Shown: piece by piece, positions 31,157-39,840 of the stretch
Numbering within the stretch: position 1 is the first letter of the stretch
Layout of the letters: every line of letters starts with the position of its first letter
From: a bacterium
GTDB lineage: Bacteria > Zhuqueibacterota > Zhuqueibacteria > Residuimicrobiales > Krinioviventaceae
NCBI GenBank assembly: GCA_963675755.2
Contig: CAXXMD010000003.1
Coordinates: 1,120,001 to 1,184,000 of the forward strand
Direction of reading: 5' to 3'
DNA length: 64,000 nt
Translations under genes and position numbers: made by a program
Notes under the pieces: model-generated
Told to the model about the DNA's origin: nothing
Seen by the model: the letters and a program-made list of their open reading frames with translations, nothing else
The model's database searches: none

Positions 31157-31175
31157 AACGACGCTTAAAACCATA

Positions 31176-31772
31176 CTAAAACCCAAACACCAGTCCTGTT
31201 TGAACTTTGAATGTATATTCCCAATCCACATAATCCACATCTATCGCGCCCACTTGCAAATGTACTCGCAATCCTGCTGAAACAGCGCCTATTGGGACTT
31301 TATACAATAACGATCCGGAAACAAACCAATAATTCTCCTTAAAATATCCATCAGCTTCATTACCGCACTGCTCCATACTGTAACCGATACCCAACTGCGG
31401 CAGTGTTTTGATCTTTTCAAACAACATAAAAGGTCTTCCCATCAAAAGCTCTATTGCGTCATATTTAGAATTATAATCCACATCCATTTCTTTATATACG
31501 CTACCCCGGGACAGATAATCTTTTTGATAGGATTTATGAATACCCCGCTGCATCCGAATATGCGTATTAAAATAAGGAACGGGTAAAGGCACACTCAAAC
31601 CTAAAAGTATTCCACTGGACTCAATATGTACACCTCGCGTCTCTTTGAACAAACCATTGGTATTGGGCATGGTGCTCAAACCTGCTTCAAAATTGACAAT
31701 CTCTGCCTGTATGTGGGTTACGAGTGAAAAGAATATAACCGAACAGATAACGGCCGCTTTCCGTAATGTCAT
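31176..31772 (-). CDS. Putative small outer-membrane beta-barrel protein (paralog)
   Basis: Start MTLRK with aggagg RBS; shares AEIVN.E.G.S..PN, LPQ.G.GYS.E.CG, WF.SGS.L and TGLVF with 30235-30831; terminal Phe. Confidence 0.65.
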   Translation of the reverse strand: MTLRKAAVICSVIFFSLVTHIQAEIVNFEAGLSTMPNTNGLFKETRGVHIESSGILLGLSVPLPVPYFNTHIRMQRGIHKSYQKDYLSRGSVYKEMDVDYNSKYDAIELLMGRPFMLFEKIKTLPQLGIGYSMEQCGNEADGYFKENYWFVSGSLLYKVPIGAVSAGLRVHLQVGAIDVDYVDWEYTFKVQTGLVFGF

Positions 31773-31905
31773 GTTTCCTCCTGCCTTGTCTGTAATCAAA
31801 TCCGATTGGGAGCACAAAAAATGGCTCCCAATCACTCTCTCATAAATGATATATAAAATTTAGACAAGGCAAAGCGGCTATTGCTTCCCCCGGTATTAGA
31901 AAAGA

Positions 31906-33357
31906 TTAACCATTTACAACCTGATCTGCGGCTTTTACGATCCGATCCCATGCTGCTTGAACGTGTTTTTCTTCGGTATTTGACTGCCCTATGCTCATAC
32001 GTAATACATATTGACCATTCAGGGTCGTGTGACTGAAAAACATTTTCCCGGATGCGTTCACAATTTCCAACAGCTTTTTGTTCACATCATCCCCGCCAAC
32101 ATGTCGAAAACAGACAAGATTCAGCGGCACCGGCGCCATCAGCTCAAAGTCTGGTGAATCTTCAATCCATTTTTTAAATTGTTGTGTCAAATCAACATGT
32201 TTGCGCACATGAAACTGTAATCCCTCAATACCATAATGCCGCAGTACAAACCACAGCTTTAATGACCTGAACCGTCTACCCAGAGGAATCTGCCAGTCGC
32301 GGTAATCGATCACAGCGCCCGATTCCGTGGCCTTGTTGCGCAGGTATTCGGGGAGTATACTCAGGGTATTGATCAGCGAAGCTTTATCTTTAACAAAAAA
32401 ACAATCACAATCAAAATTGGTGAACAGCCATTTGTGCGGATTAAAAGCATAACTGTCAGCCAGCTCTAATCCATCCAGATACTGACGGAACTCGGGGCAT
32501 ACCGCAGCACTACCTGACATGGCGCCATCCACATGCATCCACAACTTTTCCCGGTTTGCAATCTCGCCAATTTTCCGTAACGGATCCATAGCGTTAGACG
32601 ACGTGGTTCCCACCGTCGCACAAACAAAGCAAGGCTGCAATCCATTTTCGCGATCCAAAGCAATCTGTTCTTCCAGTTTTTCAGGTATCATGGCAAAATT
32701 TTCATCCACCTCTATTTTACGCAGATTATCCGTTCCAAAGCCGGCAATTCTCACTGCTTTTTCAAGCGATGAATGGGTCTGGGTGGAAACATATGCAACC
32801 AAACCACCCTTGTATCCCTGTGTATTGCATTGAAAATCCGCGGCTTTTTCCCGTGAGGTCAACAGAGCGGTCAGACAGGCGCTTGATGCGGAATCCTGTA
32901 TCACGCCTCCACCGCTGTTTGTGGATTTGAATGCCTGAGGTAATCCCATCATATCTACTATCCAGTCCATAACATGGGTTTCCAGTTCCGTACAGGCAGG
33001 ACTCGTTACCCAACTCATACCCTGTACACCCAGACCCGCGGACAATAACTCGCCCAGAATTGACGGACCCGAGGTATTGGAAGGGAAATATGCAAAAAAA
33101 TCAGGACTCTGCCAGTGAGTAATACCCGGCATGATTATGTCATCCACATCTTTTAATATCTTTTCAAAATCTTCACCACTTAAAGGAGGCGCATCCGGAA
33201 GTTTTGCGCGTACCTCTCCCGGTTCCACATCAGATAATACCGGGTATTTATCTACATTTTCATAATAATCTGCAATCCAGTCTACAATCTTTTTTCCCCA
33301 ATGTCTAAAATCGTCCGGGCTCATGTGAAAGCTTGAATCAGTCTTCATAGTATCCAT
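31906..33357 (-). CDS. PLP-dependent aromatic-L-amino-acid decarboxylase (group II)
   Basis: PGITHWQSP; SPACTELE; HVDGA; NPHKW; LGRRFRSLKLW. Confidence 0.92.
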   Translation of the reverse strand: MDTMKTDSSFHMSPDDFRHWGKKIVDWIADYYENVDKYPVLSDVEPGEVRAKLPDAPPLSGEDFEKILKDVDDIIMPGITHWQSPDFFAYFPSNTSGPSILGELLSAGLGVQGMSWVTSPACTELETHVMDWIVDMMGLPQAFKSTNSGGGVIQDSASSACLTALLTSREKAADFQCNTQGYKGGLVAYVSTQTHSSLEKAVRIAGFGTDNLRKIEVDENFAMIPEKLEEQIALDRENGLQPCFVCATVGTTSSNAMDPLRKIGEIANREKLWMHVDGAMSGSAAVCPEFRQYLDGLELADSYAFNPHKWLFTNFDCDCFFVKDKASLINTLSILPEYLRNKATESGAVIDYRDWQIPLGRRFRSLKLWFVLRHYGIEGLQFHVRKHVDLTQQFKKWIEDSPDFELMAPVPLNLVCFRHVGGDDVNKKLLEIVNASGKMFFSHTTLNGQYVLRMSIGQSNTEEKHVQAAWDRIVKAADQVVNG

Positions 33358-33382
33358 CCTGTGTGCTTTTATTGTTTTGTAT

Positions 33383-34348
33383 TTAGGGTTGATAAGGTGA
33401 CCAGGGGCCTGTCATTTCTTTTAAAGCTTCCAGCCACCAACGTATTCCGGGTTTATCTTTTGATCCACTACCACCGGAATTCGCATTGGGGCCATGGGGA
33501 GAAACACATTGCAGCCAGGTAGATGCCATCATGTATCCATACCCCTTTTCGAAATGCGCTTTTGTGGACTGGATCTGGTCTATTTTCATTGAATCGGTAT
33601 AAACACCAATATTGATATAATTATACACATCCGGGTGTTTGCTATAAGTCCCCCAATATCTGCCCGGTGCATTTTTAGGCGTTGCTTCTGTTTCTATATA
33701 TGGTTTTTCCGGTACCGGGGTGCAAAAATGAATCCCCAAATCTGCTTCCGGTGGTGGTACGTCTTTAATATTTGCAGCTATGAGTATTGTCGAATCCGCT
33801 TTTTTGCCATTTACAATCATTTCCTGAACATTAAAACCCATTGCTCTTCTGGCCATACCTTCATTATCGGGGTCCACAAATACATTACGAAAATCATTAT
33901 CTGAAAGCCACTGCACAGTATTATAAACCACGGAATTGGCATCAGCTTGAGTCCAGTCCGTGTATTTGGCAGTTGATGTACCCCAATAGAGACACCCCAC
34001 CAGGACGACCATCCCCCTGTCATCTGCGGCTTTAATAATTTTCGCCATACGTTTTGAATAAACCGGATTCAAAGATCCATCCTTATTATAACCCTTGACA
34101 TCACCAAACCGGGATCCCATAAAATATATACTGATAGTATTTACACCATAACTTTTATATTCATCCAGATGATTTATCAAATCGTTTACTATTTCATCCG
34201 AAATTAACGCATTTGAGCAACGTAAACCCGCAACCAAAAATTCATTTCCGTTCAAAAAAGTTTTGTTTCCATTTACAGTCAATGTATTGGTGCCACCCCA
34301 TAGGGTACTCCATACGAATAAAAGGATTATAACAAGACTTTTCTTCAT
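33383..34348 (-). CDS. Secreted putative glycoside hydrolase (clan A-like TIM barrel)
   Basis: Signal peptide; G.NT; A..RGMVV; NE acid/base-like motif; PYIETE. Confidence 0.5.
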   Translation of the reverse strand: MKKSLVIILLFVWSTLWGGTNTLTVNGNKTFLNGNEFLVAGLRCSNALISDEIVNDLINHLDEYKSYGVNTISIYFMGSRFGDVKGYNKDGSLNPVYSKRMAKIIKAADDRGMVVLVGCLYWGTSTAKYTDWTQADANSVVYNTVQWLSDNDFRNVFVDPDNEGMARRAMGFNVQEMIVNGKKADSTILIAANIKDVPPPEADLGIHFCTPVPEKPYIETEATPKNAPGRYWGTYSKHPDVYNYINIGVYTDSMKIDQIQSTKAHFEKGYGYMMASTWLQCVSPHGPNANSGGSGSKDKPGIRWWLEALKEMTGPWSPYQP

Positions 34349-34359
34349 ACTTGTTCCTG

Positions 34360-34956
34360 TCAGGCTTTTTGTGCTACCAGTTGAATCACATTACCAGTAC
34401 CATTGTGAAACCTGCCGGCATTCAACTGAATATCTTTTTGCTCAAGGGATATAATTTTCATATTTTCAAAATCTGTTTTCAGATCATTCATACTATACAG
34501 CATTTCAATATTCCTGGGCCCACCGGTTCCATTTTGCAGCTGCTCTTTGCTAAAACTCTCCAAAACCAGGTACCCACCGGACTTTAAACAGTTGATCAAA
34601 TTTCGATGCACCTGCCTACGGTCCTTTTCATGCAGGTGTGAATAAACAATCCCGATGGCATCGTAACTGTTTTCCTCGATTGAAAAGGACGTTAAATCCT
34701 GAATCCAATACTCAATCTCTACTCCCCGCTCCGCAGCCAGTTTTAATGCTTTTTCACGCCCTACCGTACTGGTATCAAAGGCATGGGCTACCCATCCTTT
34801 TGATGCCGCATAAACAGCATTACGGCCTTCACCTTCTGCCGGTAACAGTATTTTACCTGCTGACCGATTATCTATAAATGATTTAAAAAATGCATTGGGT
34901 TCGGTACCATATCCATAATCAGGTGTATTATATCTTTCATCCCACATATTCTTCAT
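34360..34956 (-). CDS. Class I SAM-dependent methyltransferase (TehB-like)
   Basis: WDERY; YGTEPN; AEGEGRNA; LKSGG. Confidence 0.88.
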   Translation of the reverse strand: MKNMWDERYNTPDYGYGTEPNAFFKSFIDNRSAGKILLPAEGEGRNAVYAASKGWVAHAFDTSTVGREKALKLAAERGVEIEYWIQDLTSFSIEENSYDAIGIVYSHLHEKDRRQVHRNLINCLKSGGYLVLESFSKEQLQNGTGGPRNIEMLYSMNDLKTDFENMKIISLEQKDIQLNAGRFHNGTGNVIQLVAQKA

Positions 34957-34967
34957 ATTATATAATC

Positions 34968-35609
34968 CTATTTTTCAAACATACTTTTCATCTCGCTGAC
35001 TTTAGCTTCCATCCCGGTTTTAATAGGGCAGCCACTGTCTGCTGTAATATTTATATGCTTCGGGTCTCCGGTTTCAAGAAACGCTTTCATACCATCTGTA
35101 TTTAACCAGTAATATACACCCCAGTTCCAAAAGTCCCATTTCTGTGAGAACGGATTAATTTCATAATCAATATACATCAACTGATTTTGTTCAGTGATAA
35201 CAAAATTCAGGGGGAAATAATCAAGGTTCCACTCTGCCGATCTTGCTTTGTAAAATGCACGTACCAACTGCTCAAAAGCAGAAATGTCAATTTTACCTTT
35301 TGCAACCAAATTCCCGGCGACCGTACCATCAACATATGCCTTTAGCAAGAGTTGCTTTTCGCTATCATAATCTATCAGCTCCGGTACCGGAACGTCAATA
35401 GCTTTCAGGATCTTGTATGCATCAAGCTCGTGATCAAGCTTACTCCCATTGAATGTATAGTAGGTACAAGGTTCATTATGGATTATTTTAAGTACAAATA
35501 ATTCATTGCCACACTCTACCAGCCACGAATATCCGGACTTGCCCTTTCCCAGCAAAGTTTTCAAAAGTAATTGCCGGTGATTAAACCTTATTATTTTTCC
35601 AGGTTTCAT
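34968..35609 (-). CDS. Small atypical protein-kinase-like protein
   Basis: LGKGKSGYS Gly-loop; VLK; NLDYFPLNF catalytic loop; IDYE; start uncertain (35609 or 35630). Confidence 0.6.
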   Translation of the reverse strand: MKPGKIIRFNHRQLLLKTLLGKGKSGYSWLVECGNELFVLKIIHNEPCTYYTFNGSKLDHELDAYKILKAIDVPVPELIDYDSEKQLLLKAYVDGTVAGNLVAKGKIDISAFEQLVRAFYKARSAEWNLDYFPLNFVITEQNQLMYIDYEINPFSQKWDFWNWGVYYWLNTDGMKAFLETGDPKHINITADSGCPIKTGMEAKVSEMKSMFEK

Positions 35610-35670
35610 ATTAAAAAAATAACATTTCAAAAGCGGGAAAACAAGAATTTTGTTTTGAGGAAACAGGGGT

Positions 35671-35710
35671 AAAACATTGCTTTAAAGACAGTGCTCTAAA
35701 GCAATGTTTT
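35671..35710 (-). terminator. Stem-loop after the aldo/keto reductase gene
   Basis: aaaacattgcttta...taaagcaatgtttt. Confidence 0.65.
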
Positions 35711-35716
35711 TATAAA

Positions 35717-36583
35717 TTATGCGGAAATGCTCATTTTAGGTATACGCTCTACCAGATCCATCATCTCTTTTTCATTTTCCTGACCAATGGTAAACGCATC
35801 CACATATTCCTGATTGAGGATGAATTTCAAACACTCGTCCGGTTGTGACTTTAACTTGCCGCCTCCAAAGATTTTCATGCCCAGCACAGCTTTGCCTCTT
35901 TCATGCATCTTTTGTAAAACAGGGACTACTTTATCTACAGTGTCATCCATACGCTCGCCTTTTGGATTAATTCGTGCCAGGTCCACTTGCACCCAATCGG
36001 TTTCTGATGCGGTTTTCAACGCATCCAGCGTATGGCAGGAAACACCATGCGCCCTAACCAGACCTTCATCCCGCATTTTGCTCAACTCTTCCATGGCACC
36101 AGCTTTTAATTCCGGCCAGTTGGCTTCCGTCATCAGGTGTAGTAATACAATATCCAGATAATCCGTATCCATTTCCCGCAAAAATCGTTCTACATCCGAT
36201 CTCATTTCTTTTGCTGTTGTAGCGTGACTTTTGGTCAAAATCACAACCTTTTCCCTGGGTACCAGCTTTAAACCAGCATTCAAATGCGGATGCGTACCAT
36301 ACTGGTCCGCAGAGTCCCAAAAATTTATGCCCTGCTCATATGCTGCCGCCAGTAATTTGGCCACACCCTGAATGCCAAGCTGCCGGGTCTGATTTGAGCT
36401 CTTGTTTACACCATGTGTTCCTGTTCCCATGGCTAACCGGGATGCTTTTATACCCGTATCGCCCAGGGTTACAATATCACTGGCATATTTCTTTTGCTGT
36501 CCGGCGTATAGGAGAGGAGAAAAAGGCAAGAGTGCCGCACCCGTAGATGCAATATTTAAAAATTTTCGTCTATTTATATTCAT
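35717..36583 (-). CDS. Tat-exported aldo/keto reductase
   Basis: NRRKFL; S.L.MGT; DSADQYG; TK; DYLDIVLLH; GVS.H; start set at MNINRR. Confidence 0.88.
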   Translation of the reverse strand: MNINRRKFLNIASTGAALLPFSPLLYAGQQKKYASDIVTLGDTGIKASRLAMGTGTHGVNKSSNQTRQLGIQGVAKLLAAAYEQGINFWDSADQYGTHPHLNAGLKLVPREKVVILTKSHATTAKEMRSDVERFLREMDTDYLDIVLLHLMTEANWPELKAGAMEELSKMRDEGLVRAHGVSCHTLDALKTASETDWVQVDLARINPKGERMDDTVDKVVPVLQKMHERGKAVLGMKIFGGGKLKSQPDECLKFILNQEYVDAFTIGQENEKEMMDLVERIPKMSISA

Positions 36584-36654
36584 ACAATTACTCCCATTCA
36601 TTATACATAGAAAGGTTAACAAAGAAGCAATTGTAGAAAATTCCCCATGTTATG

Positions 36655-37593
36655 TCATAACCAGAATCGTTTTCTAAAATAGGTTTTACTGTTTTTGTAA
36701 ATCCTTTCAACCTTTTTGGAGCTTGTCAATTCTGTTATATATTTAATCACATGATTCGGATGTAAACTCAAACAAGTGGATATTTCTTCCAGTGTACATG
36801 GCCTTCTTTCAAGCAAGGTCAACACATCCTGAAGCGTATGTCGCTGCTCATCAGTCATTTTTTTAGATGAAAAAAAACCAATAACCTCAACATTACCTGG
36901 GAAAAGAGCAGCAAGCGCGTTTAATTGGTCAGTATCAACAGCCAGAGCAAAGGATTCTGCTGCCGGCCTTGTGGCGGTATTGATCTGTATTTTAGAGTAT
37001 TTCACTTTTTTACAAATAGCTGCAATTTTTTCAACTTTTTCAGGTATTGCAGATACACCCTCCAACAATAAAACTTCCAACCAGAGCGAATGTGTAAACT
37101 CGGTTGAAAATTCCAAAAGCCCCTCTACCAGTTGATCAAAGCTAAAGTCAGAACAGGGTCTGTTAACAAATTGAAACAGATCGTCATCACCCGCATCCAA
37201 AGATGGTATTACAAGATCTGCATCCATCAACTCGGCGCGAACCTGTTTATCCCACAACAATGAACCATTTGTAATCACTGCAACAGGAATGGCTGTCAAT
37301 TTTTTAATTCCGGCAATCATTTCTGCAATACCGGTATTCAGGGTTGGTTCTCCTGAACCGGACAAGGTAATATAGTCTATATTTTTCTTTTGTTTTAAAA
37401 CAGATTTCAATTCTTCAAGAATGGAAGAAATAGGTACATATGCTTTTCTCTCCATTGTCTTTTGAGTGGTACGACCCAATTGACAATAAATACAATCAAA
37501 TGAACAGATCTTATAGGGTACCATATCAATACCCAAAGATTTCCCCAATCTTCTGGAAGGCACAGGACCAAATATGTGTGATTTCGTATTCAT
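36655..37593 (-). CDS. Radical SAM protein with C-terminal HTH-like tail
   Basis: FGPVPSRRLGKSLG; CSFDCIYC; SGSGEPT; TNGSL. Confidence 0.9.
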   Translation of the reverse strand: MNTKSHIFGPVPSRRLGKSLGIDMVPYKICSFDCIYCQLGRTTQKTMERKAYVPISSILEELKSVLKQKKNIDYITLSGSGEPTLNTGIAEMIAGIKKLTAIPVAVITNGSLLWDKQVRAELMDADLVIPSLDAGDDDLFQFVNRPCSDFSFDQLVEGLLEFSTEFTHSLWLEVLLLEGVSAIPEKVEKIAAICKKVKYSKIQINTATRPAAESFALAVDTDQLNALAALFPGNVEVIGFFSSKKMTDEQRHTLQDVLTLLERRPCTLEEISTCLSLHPNHVIKYITELTSSKKVERIYKNSKTYFRKRFWL

Positions 37594-37612
37594 AAAAATT
37601 TCCAGAAAAACA

Positions 37613-37647
37613 TCTCTGTCGGTAAAAAATTGTTTTACCGACAGAGA
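37613..37647 (-). terminator. Intra-operon stem-loop or terminator
   Basis: tctctgtcggtaaaa...ttttaccgacagaga 15-bp stem, followed by a U-rich tract on the minus strand. Confidence 0.7.
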
Positions 37648-37657
37648 CGGATCATAC

Positions 37658-38017
37658 TTAATCCTGTTTGTTTTCTTTTAACTCGCTAATACGCTTGTTA
37701 ATACTTTTTAGCGTTTTTTCAAGAGAGGCTGTCTGGCTTGTCAACATCTCTAGCTCAATATCAGGATCCATTTTCTCTGGTGCGGCCTGAGCATTCTCAA
37801 CCTCGGGATTAAAGCCGGTTCGCTGCCAGCCGGTTTGACCGGTTGCAAAATACATGTTTCGATGACCCCGGCCACCTCCACGTTTCATGCCCATACCTCC
37901 GCCTCGTCTTCCACCGGAATTCGAATAACCGGGAGAAGCAAATCCGGAACAATAGCCGGCCCCTCTGCCAGTCATCGGTCCCATTCCGACAGGTCCTGTT
38001 TTATCACCAAAAGGCAT
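37658..38017 (-). CDS. DUF5320-family Gly/Arg-rich protein
   Basis: MP.GD.TGP.GMGPMTGRGAGYC.G; GRG-rich middle; C-terminal coiled coil. Confidence 0.85.
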   Translation of the reverse strand: MPFGDKTGPVGMGPMTGRGAGYCSGFASPGYSNSGGRRGGGMGMKRGGGRGHRNMYFATGQTGWQRTGFNPEVENAQAAPEKMDPDIELEMLTSQTASLEKTLKSINKRISELKENKQD

Positions 38018-38051
38018 ATCATTAACCTCCTTTCAATTATTGGGTTTTATT

Positions 38052-38070
38052 AAAAATGGTAATCATTATC
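38052..38070. promoter_or_regulatory. Fur box upstream of DUF5320
   Basis: aaaaatggtaatcattatc vs GATAATGATAATCATTATC (16/19). Confidence 0.65.
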
Positions 38071-38089
38071 AATAATGGTAAAAATTTTT

Positions 38090-38551
38090 TTATGCTGCTC
38101 CTTTACAATCCTTACAAATCCCATAAAAATGTATGATATGATGAAATATATCAAAGTTGTGCTTTTGCGACAAGCTCTGCTCTGTTTTGTCCATCAACTC
38201 TTGTTCTTCATGAACAAAGTCACTATAATCAATAATATTTCTGCATTTTACACAAACAAGATGATGATGATGTTCTTTTTTATTCGGATTGCTTATCAAT
38301 TCGTAACGGGCTTTACCATCACCAAAATCAAAGCGTTGAACAACTCCTATCTGGCAAAACAAATCCAAAGTACGGTATACCGTGGTTAATCCGATAGATG
38401 GATTCATGTTTACCGCTTTTAGATAGATATCTTCAGCGCTTAAATGTTCCATTGTCTGTCTCAATATATCCATAATCACTTTACGGGGCATTGTTGAACG
38501 AAAGCCAAAATCATCTAATCTTTTTTGCCACAAGGGTCCTCTATTTCTCAT
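38090..38551 (-). CDS. fur: Fur-family metalloregulator
   Basis: H.SAEDIY; TVYRTL; HHHHLVCVKC; C-terminal CKDC. Confidence 0.9.
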   Translation of the reverse strand: MRNRGPLWQKRLDDFGFRSTMPRKVIMDILRQTMEHLSAEDIYLKAVNMNPSIGLTTVYRTLDLFCQIGVVQRFDFGDGKARYELISNPNKKEHHHHLVCVKCRNIIDYSDFVHEEQELMDKTEQSLSQKHNFDIFHHIIHFYGICKDCKGAA

Positions 38552-38579
38552 TAAATCACCTTAAAGTTTAAACCTTATT

Positions 38580-38627
38580 GAAAATGATTTTCATTATCAA
38601 TATAACACATTTTTCATCACCTGTCAA
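38580..38627 (-). promoter_or_regulatory. fur promoter with an overlapping Fur box (autoregulation)
   Basis: Minus strand: TTGACA (38627-38622), 17 nt, TATATT (38604-38599). Box gaaaatgattttcattatc at 38580-38598 (16/19). Confidence 0.75.
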
Positions 38628-38656
38628 CTAAAAAACTAATTTTCACGCATTTTTAC

Positions 38657-38685
38657 TTGCTTTGTAATCACTTCTTTTTTATCAT
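38657..38685 (+). promoter_or_regulatory. Putative sigma70 promoter of the peroxiredoxin gene
   Basis: TTGCTT-17 nt-TATCAT. Confidence 0.5.
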
Positions 38686-38707
38686 TAAATAGACAAAAAT
38701 ATCTCTT

Positions 38708-38725
38708 TGTATTGGATGTGGTAAT
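38708..38725 (+). repeat. Inverted repeat, left arm (5' UTR of the peroxiredoxin gene)
   Basis: tgtattggatgtggtaat is the exact reverse complement of 39463-39480. Confidence 0.9.
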
Positions 38726-38743
38726 CTTGAAAGGAGCTATACA

Positions 38744-39457
38744 ATGTCAGAAAAACAAGCAGGCTGTGCCAGACCAACCGGCGCATCTGTTGGCGAGCCG
38801 GCAAGTGAAACGAAAACAGAAACAATAATTGAAAAGGAGTCAACAATGGTTACTGCCAAAGTGGGCGCCAAAGCCCCCGATTTTGAGGCACCAGCATATT
38901 ATCGCGGCGAGTTTACGACTGTAAAATTGTCCGATTTTTTAGGTAAATGGGTAATGGTTTGTTTTTACCCGGGTGATTTCACCTTTGTTTGAGCGACTGA
39001 AGTGTCAGCGGTCGCTGCCAATTATGATAAATTACAAGAATTAGGTGTTGAAGTTATATCAGTAAGTGTAGACAGCCAGTTTGTACATAAAGTTTGGAAT
39101 GATCAAGAACTTTCAAAAATGGCTGGAAGAGATGTACCCTTTCATATGGCCTCTGATGGCCCCGGCAACGTAGGAACCGTTTATGGTGTCTACGATCCGG
39201 TAGCTGGTGTTGAATTACGGGGACGTTTCATTATTGATCCGGATGGTGTGATTCAGGCAATGGAAGTACTTACACCACCGGTTGGCCGACAACTTTCTGA
39301 AACTATCAGACAAATTCAAGCTTATCAACATGTTCGTTCAACCAAGGGTGCTGAAGTTTGCCCGGCAGGTTGGACCCCAGGTAAAAAAGTTTTAAAACCA
39401 GGTCCAGCTTTGGTAGGCAATGTCTGGAAAGAATGGAATCCTTTAAAAGACCATTAA
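38744..39457 (+). CDS. prxU: Selenocysteine-containing AhpC/Prx1-type peroxiredoxin
   Basis: ORFs 38744-38992 and 39002-39457 are in frame. TGA at 38990-38992 occupies the peroxidatic position ([13 protein letters not shown]). Resolving motif VCPAGW. Hairpin immediately after the UGA. Confidence 0.9.
38993..39015 (+). promoter_or_regulatory. Candidate bacterial SECIS element
   Basis: gcgac-tga-agtg-tca-gcg-gtcgc stem-loop directly 3' of the UGA, with G in the apical loop. Confidence 0.7.
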
Positions 39458-39462
39458 AATTC

Positions 39463-39480
39463 ATTACCACATCCAATACA
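39463..39480 (-). repeat. Inverted repeat, right arm (3' UTR of the peroxiredoxin gene)
   Basis: attaccacatccaataca, starting 6 nt after the stop codon. Confidence 0.9.
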
Positions 39481-39840
39481 CCTAATATCGAGTAAATGAA
39501 GCATTTTTCAAAAATCGTTCACATTTATATTTTGCTTATCATACAGCAACGCGCGCACCCCTCACAATGAACGTAAATAATAATTCTTTCTGCTCAATCA
39601 AACATGGCGCGACTTTTTTCATTTACTCCTACAGTTAAAATGCCCTGTAACCAGATAAAATTATCGCGATTAAAGACGCTCAAGGGGAATTCCCATAAAA
39701 AGATAGTATAAAACTGGAATCCTCATACTGAACTGTTTCTCCTGGCGAACCAATAATTGCTTCAACCGACGATTTGTACTACTGCTTTTGAAAAAGGTCA
39801 ACAGAAATATTAACAATCATTATTCTCAAGTGGGGCAATT

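Noticed and set aside
30235-31772. Diversity-generating retroelement template/variable pair in the paralogous barrels or T9SS tails
   Set aside because: No reverse transcriptase in the window, and no near-identical repeat pair differing only at adenines was seen.
38744-39457. Peroxiredoxin pseudogene or two separate ORFs
   Set aside because: The only interruption is TGA at the catalytic Cys position followed by a hairpin, which Sec recoding explains better.
39806-39826. Third Fur box upstream of the GAF gene
   Set aside because: Only about 13/19 match in AT-rich DNA.
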